A stretch of DNA of 64,000 nucleotides from Shigella phage Sfk20. The DNA lies in sequence record MW341595; one strand, written 5' to 3'. How positions within the stretch are numbered: position 1 is the first letter of the stretch; each line of letters starts with the position of its first letter. Positions 28,264 to 39,090 of the stretch are shown here, one piece after another. The notes below the pieces were generated by a model that was given only the letters and a program-made list of their open reading frames with translations, was not told where the DNA came from and did not search any database. The translations under genes and the position numbers were made by a program.

Positions 28264-28292
28264 ATAGTACCAAAGAGGAACAGTCTTGTAAA
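28264..28292 (-). promoter_or_regulatory. early (sigma70-type) promoter with conserved leader
   Basis: Reverse complement TTTACA-17 nt-TACTAT. Confidence 0.6.
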
Positions 28293-28382
28293 CAGTTTTG
28301 TGAAAAATTTTTTAATGAATTCCAAAGGTCCAGAATCATCTATTTTTTCCTAAGTATAGATTTATATTACTTGTATGAAAAA

Positions 28383-28398
28383 GGGACCCGGAGGTCCC
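28383..28398 (-). terminator. rho-independent terminator downstream of gene 43
   Basis: Stem gggacc/ggtccc, loop cgga, then U-run on the minus strand. Confidence 0.6.
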
Positions 28399-28411
28399 CA
28401 GATTTATTCTA

Positions 28412-31108
28412 TCAGCCAAACAGGAAGTCTAACGAAGCTTTTTCCTCATAGTCCATACCTGCCGATTCACACATACCAGCAAGAGGTTTAACAAACGATT
28501 TTTGGAACAAAGTTGAGTAGTCAATCCAAGACAGTACGTCAGAACGAATTTCTTTTGGAAGTTCTGTACCCGACGGCCAAGCAATGCACTTGTCACCAAA
28601 CGGATTTCCTTCGCGTAATGGAAGAACCATTACCTTATTTCCATCCAAAATTGGAGCTACACCTAAACCGCTAACAGCTCGACGATAAGTTAGCACACCG
28701 CGAATATGGAACGGGCATTTAAATCCTGGCCAGCCTTTATCATCATATTTCGCTATATCGTTCGCAGTTTTTACTTCAGCAATAACTTTATAGTCAAGTT
28801 GACGATATTCTTTCTCAAAGTTCTTGTAGTATTCTTGGACAGACTCTTCACCTTCCTGAAGAATACGACGAATACTTTCTTCGAGAGCTTCTTGTACTGC
28901 TTTTGGTGTTGAACTCTGTTGAGTTTCCATACCCATGATTTTTAAATGCGGTTCGGCAAATCGCTTATCTTCCATATCATAAACGTTCAGAGCATAACGT
29001 TTTTTCGCTTTCCAAAATCCACCAACACCCTTTGAACCAAGTGGAGGGCAAGAAATAGCTTCACGGTCCATATGCATCAGATGCTCGCGGTTATTCATAT
29101 AATCACATAACTCACGATATGCAACATCAATCATAGGTTCCATCTTTTTCTTACCAAACTGATTCATGAATTCAACTAAATCATTTTGTTCTTTAAAGCG
29201 ATCAAGACCTACTTTTTCAATAACTTTATCTACACAAACATATACCGAATCAGTATCACCTGCTGCGATGAAATCTTCACCATTAGTTCCACATACTTTA
29301 TTTAGATACTCATTAATTTTACGAGCAATCCATTGAATACCGACTTGACCGAAAATTGTGATAGCAGTAGCATTTCGCAAATCATAGTAGCGAAAATGAA
29401 TATTACCAAGAGCACCATAAAGACTGTTAATAAGAATTTTACGGTTCAGCTGATTTGTGTTAGCAAGCGTAGCTGCTTTTTCACATTCTTCGATCAGACT
29501 ATTAAGAACAGATTCAGTGTAATTCGATAATTCGTTTAAGAAATCATCATTGAACTTAACATATCGTTCAACTTCCGGTTTAGTTGAACAGGACCCTGCA
29601 CCTTTCATAATAATCTTTTTAATAGCTTCGGCATTCATTTCTTCCGCGAACATTTTCTTTTTCCAATCTTTACGCTGGAAAAATACTTTAGCGATTTCCT
29701 TTGGAATGATACCTTCTTGGTGCTTATCATACATCCATCCATTCGGAGAGCAAGAATATTCATCACTTGGCTTAGGAGCTGTTCCTGCGATATATTCATG
29801 AATTGGATGAACTTTAAACTGCCCACGAATAGTCTCAGGACTAATGTTAACCTGACGAATAATGCTAGGATACAGAGACGTCAAGTCAAAACTCATAATG
29901 TATCGACGAGCAATCGGTTTAGGTTCAAACACAAATGCACCTGGAAAACTCTGTTTAACGTGCGAACCTTGTTGAGGAATAACCTTATGTTCACCTTTCA
30001 GTGAGTTAAAAATAATAGCATCCCAAGTTTTAATAGGACTCATTACACCAGAAAAAGGCATTTTAGCGTAATAAGACATACTTAAAACTAGATCGATAAA
30101 CCCACGAATTTTATCAATTGCTTGAACTGATTCTACGTCAATGATGTTATAACTAATGTATCGTTGATGATTAGTCTCACGAAGTTTATTAATAGGACCA
30201 TCGTACGGCAATTTACCTTTTTTGGTTTCATGTTGAGCAACTGATTCCAAAGAGAACGATGGCAAATTAGTAAATGCGAATTTCTTGTACAAATCTAAAT
30301 AATCAAGAATAGATACGCCATCAATAGAATAAATTTCTTTACTACCGTACATATTTTGAATTAGTTTAGATTTTACTCGACCGATTGGAGAGAAGCGTTT
30401 CATACTACGTTCACCGAGAACCATTTTAACACGATTCATGATATACGGAACGTCAAATCCCTCAATATTCCAACCGGTAAAAATAGCAGGTCGTTTCTGT
30501 TCCCAGAGATTAATATATTCCATGAGCATATCACGCTCATTATCAAATGGCATATAAATTACTCGGTCAAGAATTTCTTGAGGAACTTCATCACCACCTT
30601 CACAGTCAAGCTTAGCAGCTAACTTTGCGTCCCATTTTGATACTGAACCGTACATTGAATTCAACAAATCAAAGACGTAAAAACGGTCGTCAATTGAATC
30701 ATAATGAGTGATAGCATCAATTTCATATTCTGCTTTCATTGGGTCAGGAAATTTATCACCAGTAACCTCAATGTCACAGTTAGCTACACGAACAAATTTT
30801 CGGTCATAAACAATTTCTGAACCATATGTATCACTGATATAAGCGAGTTTAAAATCGTTCATACCGAGAGCTTCGAGACCGATGTCTTCCATTCGCTTCA
30901 TCCAGTCTCGTGCATCTTTCATTGATGGAAATTTTTGAGGAGCACAGTTTTTACCATAAATGTCTTTGTACTTTGACTCTTCCTTACAATGCCTAAACAT
31001 AGTCGGAAGATATTCTACTTCACGAGTACGTTCCTTTCCATTTTCATCAATATAACGCTCAACAATATTATTTCCGACTGTTTCGATAGAGATATAAAAT
31101 TCTTTCAT
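28412..31108 (-). CDS. 43: DNA polymerase gp43 (family B)
   Basis: 898 aa as T4 gp43; sequence recognised (exonuclease and polymerase motifs incl. YGDTDS). Confidence 0.97.
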   Translation of the reverse strand: MKEFYISIETVGNNIVERYIDENGKERTREVEYLPTMFRHCKEESKYKDIYGKNCAPQKFPSMKDARDWMKRMEDIGLEALGMNDFKLAYISDTYGSEIVYDRKFVRVANCDIEVTGDKFPDPMKAEYEIDAITHYDSIDDRFYVFDLLNSMYGSVSKWDAKLAAKLDCEGGDEVPQEILDRVIYMPFDNERDMLMEYINLWEQKRPAIFTGWNIEGFDVPYIMNRVKMVLGERSMKRFSPIGRVKSKLIQNMYGSKEIYSIDGVSILDYLDLYKKFAFTNLPSFSLESVAQHETKKGKLPYDGPINKLRETNHQRYISYNIIDVESVQAIDKIRGFIDLVLSMSYYAKMPFSGVMSPIKTWDAIIFNSLKGEHKVIPQQGSHVKQSFPGAFVFEPKPIARRYIMSFDLTSLYPSIIRQVNISPETIRGQFKVHPIHEYIAGTAPKPSDEYSCSPNGWMYDKHQEGIIPKEIAKVFFQRKDWKKKMFAEEMNAEAIKKIIMKGAGSCSTKPEVERYVKFNDDFLNELSNYTESVLNSLIEECEKAATLANTNQLNRKILINSLYGALGNIHFRYYDLRNATAITIFGQVGIQWIARKINEYLNKVCGTNGEDFIAAGDTDSVYVCVDKVIEKVGLDRFKEQNDLVEFMNQFGKKKMEPMIDVAYRELCDYMNNREHLMHMDREAISCPPLGSKGVGGFWKAKKRYALNVYDMEDKRFAEPHLKIMGMETQQSSTPKAVQEALEESIRRILQEGEESVQEYYKNFEKEYRQLDYKVIAEVKTANDIAKYDDKGWPGFKCPFHIRGVLTYRRAVSGLGVAPILDGNKVMVLPLREGNPFGDKCIAWPSGTELPKEIRSDVLSWIDYSTLFQKSFVKPLAGMCESAGMDYEEKASLDFLFG

Positions 31109-31126
31109 AGATATTCCTTAGTTTAT

Positions 31127-31145
31127 AGCCCGAGTTATTAGGCTC
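31127..31145 (-). promoter_or_regulatory. stem-loop at the position of the gp43 translational operator
   Basis: Hairpin gagcc-taataact-cgggct about 20 nt upstream of gene 43 ATG; T4 gp43 autoregulates via an operator hairpin here. Confidence 0.5.
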
Positions 31146-31166
31146 TTGATATATTATACTCCAAAT

Positions 31167-31184
31167 AAGGGGCCGAAGCCCCTT
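31167..31184 (-). terminator. GC stem-loop AAGGGGC-CGAA-GCCCCTT just downstream of regA
   Basis: Palindrome read from sequence. Confidence 0.5.
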
Positions 31185-31186
31185 GC

Positions 31187-31555
31187 TTAATTACCAATCG
31201 TATATTTAGGAACGAGTTTCCATTCATGTTTTTGTTTAAAAGAAATAACTCGGAAGTTATTGGTTAAATCTTTCATAAAAGTTCTTTGACCAGGAACGAT
31301 TTCAATCAATCCCCAATCTTCTAATAGCCATGCAATCGAATCACGACGAACTTCATCTTCTTCTGTCATTTCAACCTGACGGCCATCCATACGAAGCATT
31401 TCTTTAAAATGGACGATATAGTATAGTCCTTTTTTCTGAAGAATGTGGCAGGACTGATACAGAACTTTATCTTTATTATTAGCAATTCCCATACGAGTCA
31501 AAGTTTCTTTTACTTTCAGAAAATCTTCAGGTTTTTTAAGAGTAATTTCAATCAT
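31187..31555 (-). CDS. regA: RegA translational repressor
   Basis: 122 aa as T4 RegA; sequence recognised. Confidence 0.9.
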   Translation of the reverse strand: MIEITLKKPEDFLKVKETLTRMGIANNKDKVLYQSCHILQKKGLYYIVHFKEMLRMDGRQVEMTEEDEVRRDSIAWLLEDWGLIEIVPGQRTFMKDLTNNFRVISFKQKHEWKLVPKYTIGN

Positions 31556-31556
31556 T

Positions 31557-32120
31557 TTACCATTCCAATGCTAGTTTTTTGAGTTGTTTCTGTTCTTTTA
31601 CGTTCTTAGTCACTTCTTTCAAAAAATCATCCGTGACTAAACCTTTTAGTTCTTTTAATACTAAAGGAAGTTTTCCATTTTTAGTAAGAATTGATTTATA
31701 GTTAATTGCATCATTTGTATTAACTTGATACCGCTTAGCAAGTAACTTAATAATCAATACTTCAGTAGAATCTTCGACAAGTTTTGCCCATTTACCATAT
31801 CTTTTACCCCGAGGAACAGCAGCCATCAGATAATTAAAATGGGCTTCATCGCTTAAACCTGATCCAATTAAATTCATAGCATATACAGCTGGCATGCATT
31901 CAGGAAATTGTGATAATGCATTCTCAACCATGTATTTTGAATAATCTTTTTGAACAATAGAGCATTTAGTTTTATTATTAATAGCTCCAATTATTTCAAA
32001 AAATTCATTTTCAGCTTTTTCCTTAAAAGAATCAGCAGCAGATTGGACAGCTGTCCAATCTTTTGAATACCAAGCAACTTGATGCTCGTTTAATTGAATA
32101 TCATCTTCAAATAAGCTCAT
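31557..32120 (-). CDS. 62: clamp loader small subunit gp62
   Basis: 187 aa as T4 gp62; position between regA and 44. Confidence 0.9.
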   Translation of the reverse strand: MSLFEDDIQLNEHQVAWYSKDWTAVQSAADSFKEKAENEFFEIIGAINNKTKCSIVQKDYSKYMVENALSQFPECMPAVYAMNLIGSGLSDEAHFNYLMAAVPRGKRYGKWAKLVEDSTEVLIIKLLAKRYQVNTNDAINYKSILTKNGKLPLVLKELKGLVTDDFLKEVTKNVKEQKQLKKLALEW

Positions 32121-32121
32121 A

Positions 32122-33081
32122 TCACTTCCACTGCATTTCGCATGCTAATTGAATGAAAAGATATGCTAAATGTAATTCCGTATTAGCCGCAATTCCATGA
32201 TACTGGTTATTTTCACCAACAATTTCATACATACGAATAATACTTTGCGGAGTTACGCGTGTATAGATTTCTTCGGCAAGTTTACCAACGAACCACGAAT
32301 AATCAGCTGCATATTTTGGCGCTAAAGCTCTGAGCTGTTTAACATCTTTATTTTTGAGAGATTCAAGAACATCATCAATAGCACCACGATCGTTAGTAAC
32401 CAGTGATAAAATACCAGCATCCAAAACACCTTTAGATGAATAACTATCGAGCTCACCAATAGTTTTACGAAAATCAGGAAAATTCTTTTTAACCAAAGCT
32501 GCTACAACTTTCATATCAGCTATAGCAATTCCTTCATGCTTGCAGATTTCAGTCAATCGACGAATCATCTGCTTCATCATTTCAATTTTATCTTCATCGG
32601 TCGGTTGACCGAATGTAATAACTCGGCAGCGTGACTGAAGCGGTTTAATAATACCATCAATATTGTTAGCAGTAATAATAATACTGCAGTTTGAACTATA
32701 AGCTTCCATAAAGGAACGAAGATGTCGCTGAGACTCTGCTAACCCTGAGCGGTCAAATTCATCAATAACGATTACTTTTTGACGACCATCAAATGAAGCT
32801 GCACTAGCAAAATTAGTCAAAGGACCACGAACGAAATCAATTTTACAGTCTGATCCATTCACAAACATCATATCAGCATTTACATCATGACACAATGCTT
32901 TTGCTACAGTTGTTTTACCTGTTCCTGGAGAAGGAGAATGAAGAATAATATGTGGAATTTTACCTTTACTTGTAATAGATTTAAAGGTTTCTTTATCAAA
33001 GGCGGGAAGAATACATTCATCGATAGTAGATGGACGATATTTCTGTTCAAGAATGTGTTCTTTTTCATTTACAGTAATCAT
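32122..33081 (-). CDS. 44: clamp loader subunit gp44 (AAA+)
   Basis: ORF track trimmed to ATG 33079-33081 (319 aa as T4 gp44); Walker [11 protein letters not shown]. Confidence 0.95.
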   Translation of the reverse strand: MITVNEKEHILEQKYRPSTIDECILPAFDKETFKSITSKGKIPHIILHSPSPGTGKTTVAKALCHDVNADMMFVNGSDCKIDFVRGPLTNFASAASFDGRQKVIVIDEFDRSGLAESQRHLRSFMEAYSSNCSIIITANNIDGIIKPLQSRCRVITFGQPTDEDKIEMMKQMIRRLTEICKHEGIAIADMKVVAALVKKNFPDFRKTIGELDSYSSKGVLDAGILSLVTNDRGAIDDVLESLKNKDVKQLRALAPKYAADYSWFVGKLAEEIYTRVTPQSIIRMYEIVGENNQYHGIAANTELHLAYLFIQLACEMQWK

Positions 33082-33112
33082 AATTTCCTCATTCAAGTTT
33101 TAGTGTAAATTT

Positions 33113-33128
33113 AAGGGCCGAAGCCCTT
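33113..33128. terminator. GC stem-loop AAGGGC-CGAA-GCCCTT between 45 and 44
   Basis: Palindrome read from sequence. Confidence 0.45.
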
Positions 33129-33130
33129 TA

Positions 33131-33817
33131 TTAAAAGTCGTGGGTAGAATCAGCTTCAAGAGCTACTACATAATTCGCGTGTTCACCTTCAAATTTAGCA
33201 GCACCTTGTTTACCTTTTGCCCAGAGCAGAAGTTTATAATTTCCTGGTTGCATTTTCATATTTGCCATGTTGATAATGAAATTAAATGTATTTTCACCAT
33301 CATAATCACCAAGAGTCAAAGAATATTTAACACGGGTCAAAGCAGAATCTTCTACTTTATTAAAACCGTTAATTACGATTTTACCTTCTTTTACTGTGAT
33401 AGCAATTGTATCAATCTGCAGACCACGAGATACACGCAACAGCTGTTGAAGGTCTTCAGCTTTAATTTCAGTAACAACAGATGCTACCGGGAATGGAATT
33501 GGTTTATTAGGAGCAACTACTGTGCTCGGATCGGCTGCTGGCCAAAAAATTGTTGAACGAGCATCAGCAATTTTAATATTTCCATCTTCTGACTGGGAAA
33601 TTTCTGCATCGTCATTAACTAGGGACAGAATACCGAGAAAACCGTTCAAATCGTAAATTGCTACATCAAAATCAATAGTGTCAGAAATATTTGCTTCCGC
33701 ATAAGTTGTACCATTAACTGCGCGAGTCATAATAAATTGACCAGATTTAAGCATAATACCAGAGTTAATAGTAGCGAAATTTTTAAGCAGAGCAGTAGTA
33801 TCTTTAGACAGTTTCAT
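33131..33817 (-). CDS. 45: sliding clamp gp45
   Basis: 228 aa as T4 gp45; sequence recognised. Confidence 0.95.
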   Translation of the reverse strand: MKLSKDTTALLKNFATINSGIMLKSGQFIMTRAVNGTTYAEANISDTIDFDVAIYDLNGFLGILSLVNDDAEISQSEDGNIKIADARSTIFWPAADPSTVVAPNKPIPFPVASVVTEIKAEDLQQLLRVSRGLQIDTIAITVKEGKIVINGFNKVEDSALTRVKYSLTLGDYDGENTFNFIINMANMKMQPGNYKLLLWAKGKQGAAKFEGEHANYVVALEADSTHDF

Positions 33818-33848
33818 GTAATTTCCTTCAATTCAAATGAGATTTAAT

Positions 33849-33871
33849 TTTATAACTAATTTAATAAAGCA
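33849..33871 (-). promoter_or_regulatory. candidate MotA-dependent middle promoter upstream of 45
   Basis: Reverse complement TGCTTTA followed about 10 nt later by TATAAA; spacing slightly short. Confidence 0.4.
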
Positions 33872-33872
33872 A

Positions 33873-34262
33873 TTAACGATTAAAATCGGCAGCAATTGTT
33901 TCCGCGACAATTTGAGCAGCAACAATTAGACGTTCATCTGCATTACCGCAATAATCATCTTCAAGGCGTTCACCACATGAAGTCATAATAAATTTAGCAC
34001 CAGCATTTAAAGATTCTGTCGTATGTTTGCGCATTAGTTCAATCCATTTATTACTTACTTCACGATCGATAGCTTCATAATACGCATGACGAGCAGGTGC
34101 AGATTTAATTTTGTTCTGAATAACTTCCATCGCGTTATCAGAAAGAGACAAAACCCATGCTCGACGAATTTTATTTTGGTTTTGTGGATTTGAATCAGAA
34201 CGCACGTGTTTTGGCTGAATATCTTTTACATCAACAGTATAATTCACAGTAATTTTAGTCAT
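33873..34262 (-). CDS. rpbA: RpbA (RNA polymerase-binding protein)
   Basis: 129 aa as T4 RpbA; position between 45 and 46. Confidence 0.6.
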   Translation of the reverse strand: MTKITVNYTVDVKDIQPKHVRSDSNPQNQNKIRRAWVLSLSDNAMEVIQNKIKSAPARHAYYEAIDREVSNKWIELMRKHTTESLNAGAKFIMTSCGERLEDDYCGNADERLIVAAQIVAETIAADFNR

Positions 34263-34271
34263 AATACACCT

Positions 34272-34460
34272 TTAGTCATAATAATCAGTAACAGTCCAAG
34301 CTTCATTTCTGTTGGACATTATTTTCGTATATTCTGCTTTAAATGCATTCTTAAGCATAGATTCAGTAACTATATGCTCTTCATTAGAAAAATTATTTCT
34401 CAGAATATATCGTTTTATTTCAGGAATAGTTAATAGATGCTGTCCAGTTGAATATTCCAT
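34272..34460 (-). CDS. hypothetical protein (45.2 position), 62 aa
   Basis: ORF track. Confidence 0.45.
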   Translation of the reverse strand: MEYSTGQHLLTIPEIKRYILRNNFSNEEHIVTESMLKNAFKAEYTKIMSNRNEAWTVTDYYD

Positions 34461-34477
34461 GTTTTTCCTCCATAGAG

Positions 34478-34501
34478 ATTATACTCTAATAAATTAAAGC
34501 A
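34478..34501 (-). promoter_or_regulatory. candidate MotA-dependent middle promoter
   Basis: Reverse complement aTGCTTTA-11 nt-TATAAT, both elements canonical. Confidence 0.55.
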
Positions 34502-34515
34502 TAATCTCTTATAAA

Positions 34516-36198
34516 TTAAACCATTACAGTAAATCGACCAACTTTCTTCATTTGAAGATGCTGACCATATGCTTGCGGGTCGTGGTCTCTATGTGAAATA
34601 ACAAAAACATTAGTATTTTTTAAACTATCTAAAATAGTTGAAATAGCTTTTACACCTTCAACATCAGTTGCTGAATCAAAAACTTCATCGAGAATTAGTG
34701 TGTTTATTTTAACACCTGAAACTTTTTCAGCAATATCACGCCAAGTAAATAGAAGAGCAATATCAATTCGTGCTTTTTCGCCTTGACTAAATGAAGCATA
34801 ACTAAAATCTTCGCGACCGCGGGATTTAATTGTCTCATTAAATTCTTCATCTAATGTAAACACATAATCCGCTTCCATTATTTTAAGATAATGGTTAATC
34901 TGCTTATTAAATAATGGAATGTACTTTTTAATAATAGCACCTTTAATACCAGAATCTTTGAGCATATCAGTCAAAATTCCTCTGTGGTATTTTTCCATTA
35001 CTAAATTAGTTTTTGTCTTAACAATTTTATCAAGTTCTTCTTGAAGCAGTGCTATTTCATCAGCATGGTCAATAAACTCAGATGATGCTTTTTCTATAGC
35101 TGCTTTAACTTTTTTAGCTTTATCTACAGTCGTGATTAGAGATTGCTTTTTATTGCGAATATCATTCGCCAACGTCTGTTGGGTTTTAATATTATCTCGG
35201 TATTCATCAACGAGAACTTTTAAATTATCACGATGTGTTGAAAGCTGTTCAAACGAATGCGTGCATTCAGAAACTTTATCTTTAATTTTAGAAACAACTT
35301 TATCGCCGGAACTTAATTGTGACAAACAGGTTGGACATAATCCACCTTCGTGATACATATTAATGACTTTATTATATGAGTCAATTTTTGATTTAATTAA
35401 AAATGCTTCTTGACCAATTTTATTAAATGCATCAGTCGGGTCTTCATCCAAAACAATATTAACTAATCTTTCATTAGCTTCTTCTATTTCCGATTTTAGC
35501 GTTCTAGCTTCTTTTGCCAAATCATCATACATATTCTGTAGACGAGTAAGGTTATCACCAGTTAATTTTTTCTGGCGTTCAACGTTATCATTATATATTT
35601 TAATTTGTTGGATAATACTATCTTTTTTAACATCAAGCACTTGGTTTTGTGAATTCAATTCACGTATTAGTGCTTTATTAAGCTTATCCATTTCAGCTAA
35701 TGTTCCTACCTCGAGCAGGTCTTCGACGAGTTTTCTTCTTGCAGGAGTGGATAGGCCCATAAAAGGGGTATATCCAGCCGTGCCGAGTACGACGATCTGT
35801 TTGAAACTGGCATATGACATTCCGATAAGCTGTTCAAATTCTGCTTGGAAATCTTTACTGCTGGCAGATTCATTAAGACGTGTACCGTTAACGGTGATTT
35901 CGAAAACGTTTGGTTTTTGTCCTCTTTTGATATAGTACTTTTTCTCATCATATTCCATCCACAGTTCAACTAAAAGTTCTTTCTTATTCGTGCTGTTTAT
36001 TAATTGACCTTTCTTTACATCACGAAATGGCTTGCCAAAAAGCCCAAATGTGATGGCTTCTAACATAGTAGACTTACCACCGCCATTTCGCCCAGTAATA
36101 AGAGTTTTTTGAACCTTATCTAGTTGAATGTCAATAGGATTTCCACCTACTGACATTATATTTTGATACCTAACTCGGTTTAGTTTAAAATTCTTCAC
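34516..36198 (-). CDS. 46: recombination nuclease subunit gp46 (SbcC/Rad50-like ATPase)
   Basis: 560 aa as T4 gp46; Walker A GRNGGGKST, long coiled coil, CPTC zinc hook. Confidence 0.95.
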   Translation of the reverse strand: MKNFKLNRVRYQNIMSVGGNPIDIQLDKVQKTLITGRNGGGKSTMLEAITFGLFGKPFRDVKKGQLINSTNKKELLVELWMEYDEKKYYIKRGQKPNVFEITVNGTRLNESASSKDFQAEFEQLIGMSYASFKQIVVLGTAGYTPFMGLSTPARRKLVEDLLEVGTLAEMDKLNKALIRELNSQNQVLDVKKDSIIQQIKIYNDNVERQKKLTGDNLTRLQNMYDDLAKEARTLKSEIEEANERLVNIVLDEDPTDAFNKIGQEAFLIKSKIDSYNKVINMYHEGGLCPTCLSQLSSGDKVVSKIKDKVSECTHSFEQLSTHRDNLKVLVDEYRDNIKTQQTLANDIRNKKQSLITTVDKAKKVKAAIEKASSEFIDHADEIALLQEELDKIVKTKTNLVMEKYHRGILTDMLKDSGIKGAIIKKYIPLFNKQINHYLKIMEADYVFTLDEEFNETIKSRGREDFSYASFSQGEKARIDIALLFTWRDIAEKVSGVKINTLILDEVFDSATDVEGVKAISTILDSLKNTNVFVISHRDHDPQAYGQHLQMKKVGRFTVMV

Positions 36199-36410
36199 AA
36201 AAGATTCCTTTTAATGTATCTTTTAGACCATTCTATCATATCATCATAATCTAAAAAGTATTCATCAAATTCAGCCATGCAAACAACACCTTGTGCTGCT
36301 TTTGATGTGATATAAATTATTCCAACATATCTAGAATCTTCTTCGGTGTAATCAATATTTGCTATGAATTCATCGTTAATGTCAAATGTCGAAAACTTCA
36401 CAGTATGCAT
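36195..36410 (-). CDS. hypothetical protein (46.1 position), about 71 aa
   Basis: ORF track 36195..36458 trimmed to an internal ATG; start uncertain. Confidence 0.35.
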   Translation of the reverse strand: MHTVKFSTFDINDEFIANIDYTEEDSRYVGIIYITSKAAQGVVCMAEFDEYFLDYDDMIEWSKRYIKRNLL

Positions 36411-36645
36411 CCTTAATACAAGATACAGCCATATCTTGTAATGATTTAGGTGTGTCATTATCTAAAATGTTGAAGTTAAAAGATACAGCCCAGTCAGTGC
36501 AGACCGTAACCTTTTTAATACAATTATCTTCAACCTCTAGCGGTTCAAACCAATATTCAATAATTTCTTTATGCCCAATATCATCTTTTACTTCGCATTC
36601 AAAATGCTGACTCATCATAACATTTTTAAATTCATCAAAAGTCAT
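36382..36645 (-). CDS. hypothetical protein (46.2 position), 87 aa
   Basis: ORF track. Confidence 0.45.
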   Translation of the reverse strand: MTFDEFKNVMMSQHFECEVKDDIGHKEIIEYWFEPLEVEDNCIKKVTVCTDWAVSFNFNILDNDTPKSLQDMAVSCIKDAYCEVFDI

Positions 36646-37661
36646 TGTGTTGCCTCTACATATAACTGATTTGCATATTGAATAAGTGCTTCGCGATCAG
36701 AATCAGTGATGTCTGGAATTGCATTAATGTATTCTTCCATCAATGTCTGGAGAGATTGAACTTCAACTTCTTCACTATCATCTGACTCGACAGAGTTATC
36801 AATCTTTGACACAACTCGTAATGAATGCACAACTTTTTCTAGTTCAGATTCGAACTTCGTTAGATTTTTGTCTACTTCAGTTACTATAACACGCACTGAT
36901 AGATTTGTAAAATCTTTATAGTCAATTTTTCCCTTAAATGGATATTGAATTCGACGATGCCAGGTAGTGTTGTTTGGAATAAATTCCATTCGTTCTGTTT
37001 CTGTATCAAACATCCAGAACCCACGAGGGTCATTCTCGTCACCCGCAGTTAGTGTCCATGGTGTCCCAATATATCTGACGTTAGCAGCCTCAGAGATAGT
37101 ATGGAAGTGACCAGACCACACCTCTTTATAAGTCTTAAGGAAATCAGGTTCAAGACCGTGAGATTTCATTCCTTTATAAAAATAAAATCCATTCAGTTCC
37201 CAGTGACCAACACAAAAAGAAGCAGATGAAGTTTTGATGTGTTCAAGAATTTCACCAGTATTTTCTTCGCACATCCAAGGAATTAAATCAATCAAACATC
37301 CGTCAAAATCTACTGTAGTAGGCTTATCATATACTTTAACATTAGGATATTTAGCCAAAAGCTCAGTAGAAGCATTTGGAGTTAAAGTATTTTTAAAGTG
37401 CATATCATGGTTTCCTACGACAGTATGTAGGGTAATACCAGCATCATCAAGCATTTGAACTATTTCACGAGCGAACTCCATAGTTTTATGTGTGATTGCT
37501 TTTCGCACATCAAAAATATCGCCGTATTGAATCCATGTAGTAATTCCGTTTTTCTTAGAATATTCTATTGCTTGTTTAATTCCATCCAACTGAATGGATT
37601 GAACCCACTCATCATCGGCTTTAACACCTAAATGCCAATCACCTAAATTTAAAATTTTCAT
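36642..37661 (-). CDS. 47: recombination nuclease subunit gp47 (SbcD/Mre11-like phosphoesterase)
   Basis: 339 aa as T4 gp47; N-terminal GDWHLG and GNHD phosphoesterase motifs. Confidence 0.95.
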   Translation of the reverse strand: MKILNLGDWHLGVKADDEWVQSIQLDGIKQAIEYSKKNGITTWIQYGDIFDVRKAITHKTMEFAREIVQMLDDAGITLHTVVGNHDMHFKNTLTPNASTELLAKYPNVKVYDKPTTVDFDGCLIDLIPWMCEENTGEILEHIKTSSASFCVGHWELNGFYFYKGMKSHGLEPDFLKTYKEVWSGHFHTISEAANVRYIGTPWTLTAGDENDPRGFWMFDTETERMEFIPNNTTWHRRIQYPFKGKIDYKDFTNLSVRVIVTEVDKNLTKFESELEKVVHSLRVVSKIDNSVESDDSEEVEVQSLQTLMEEYINAIPDITDSDREALIQYANQLYVEATQ

Positions 37662-37821
37662 ATATCAAGAACCGTCATTGAAATGCAAAATAAAATTATT
37701 GAAATAAATCCATCTGGAGTGCTAAAGAACCCAATCCAACATGCTCTAGTGAATAGATAAAACGCGAGAAAAAGTATCACATATCCAAGAAATATCATTA
37801 TATCAAACTCCGTATAAAGCT

Positions 37822-37839
37822 AAAGGGCCGAAGCCCTTT
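37822..37839. terminator. GC stem-loop AAAGGGC-CGAA-GCCCTTT overlapping the alpha-gt stop
   Basis: Palindrome read from sequence. Confidence 0.45.
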
Positions 37840-39040
37840 ATTTTGTAATAATGTCAAACTGTTCTTTAAAGCAGAAGCTTGAATCTTGATGCTGATACAA
37901 AAATTCATAAGCTTTTTCGCGTTCACGGTCATAAAGATTTCGGTCAGATGACAGTTCTTTAATACGCTCAAATGTTGATTCCATGTCATTTTCATCAAAC
38001 CAAACGATACCGCTATCATGAGAAATTAACGGAGTATTATCAACACGGAATTTTAAATTTTCGCCAGTAGATTTCCAAAATACTGGAATTGTTCCACATG
38101 CACCAAGCTCGAGATGAGTATATTCTAAAGAACGTTGTAGATATTTTTTATCCAACTTACTCAGCTGATAACCAAATCCGGATTTACTCATGCGTTCAAG
38201 CATTTCGCTATTTACATAACGGTCAAGAATTTGCGTTGGCAAATTAGGAGCAATTTTAATTTGGTCTACTTGATGAAGACGATAATACTCATATGGAATT
38301 CCTTTTTCTTTAATAGGAATGAACGCAGGAGAACGTTCCAGACCTTCCATAATAGTACTTAGCCCAGCAGGTTTAAGATGTTTTTCGTGAAAATCAAACA
38401 TCTGATAAAAACCTTTCCATGTAGTCGTACGACCAATCCAACGGTTGACATTCATGTTAATTTCAGAAACATCTTTCCAGTAGGTTGATCGAACTTTCGC
38501 AATATCCATAGGAGGCTGAAAGTTGTATACGGTCGGTGCTTCTTCAATATCATCAAACAGAGAAACGGTTTCTGGATACCATTCTTTCATCAGAACTTTA
38601 TTAAAATCACCATTATCAGAATGACTAAAAATAACATCTGCTCGACGAACAGTTTCTTCTAATCCCAAATTTCGGCGCAAAGAAAGAGAAGAATGGTCAT
38701 GTTGATAAACTACAACACGAACCGAAGGTTTAATGTTATCAATAATTTTTTTATAGTTATTAATAGTGTCTTCTTCGACTGAAGTAGCAGGAACTGAATT
38801 GATAATTAGAATATCACAATCATTTACCAGCTTAAGTGTTTTATCGTATTCTTTTGCCAATAAAACCGGAATTGAAAATGATTTATAATCATGCGCGCAA
38901 TTACGGGTAAATGATTTATCTTTAGCATAAACCAAAGTTACTTCATGACCATTTTTAATAAACCAATCACGCTGCTCGAGAGAAAATTTAGTTACGCCGC
39001 AACCTTCAAGACCTCGAGCCATAAAAATGCATACTTTCAT
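37838..39040 (-). CDS. a-gt: alpha-glucosyltransferase (hydroxymethylcytosine DNA)
   Basis: 400 aa; MKVCIFMARGLEGCGVTKFSLEQRDWFIKNGHEVTLVYAKDK... recognised as T4 alpha-gt-like. Confidence 0.9.
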   Translation of the reverse strand: MKVCIFMARGLEGCGVTKFSLEQRDWFIKNGHEVTLVYAKDKSFTRNCAHDYKSFSIPVLLAKEYDKTLKLVNDCDILIINSVPATSVEEDTINNYKKIIDNIKPSVRVVVYQHDHSSLSLRRNLGLEETVRRADVIFSHSDNGDFNKVLMKEWYPETVSLFDDIEEAPTVYNFQPPMDIAKVRSTYWKDVSEINMNVNRWIGRTTTWKGFYQMFDFHEKHLKPAGLSTIMEGLERSPAFIPIKEKGIPYEYYRLHQVDQIKIAPNLPTQILDRYVNSEMLERMSKSGFGYQLSKLDKKYLQRSLEYTHLELGACGTIPVFWKSTGENLKFRVDNTPLISHDSGIVWFDENDMESTFERIKELSSDRNLYDREREKAYEFLYQHQDSSFCFKEQFDIITK

Positions 39041-39064
39041 TTAATATCCTCATTGTTTTGGTTT

Positions 39065-39088
39065 ATTTTACCAAAAATTTATAAAGCA
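39065..39088 (-). promoter_or_regulatory. candidate MotA-dependent middle promoter upstream of alpha-gt
   Basis: Reverse complement TGCTTTA-11 nt-TAAAAT. Confidence 0.45.
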
Positions 39089-39090
39089 AT

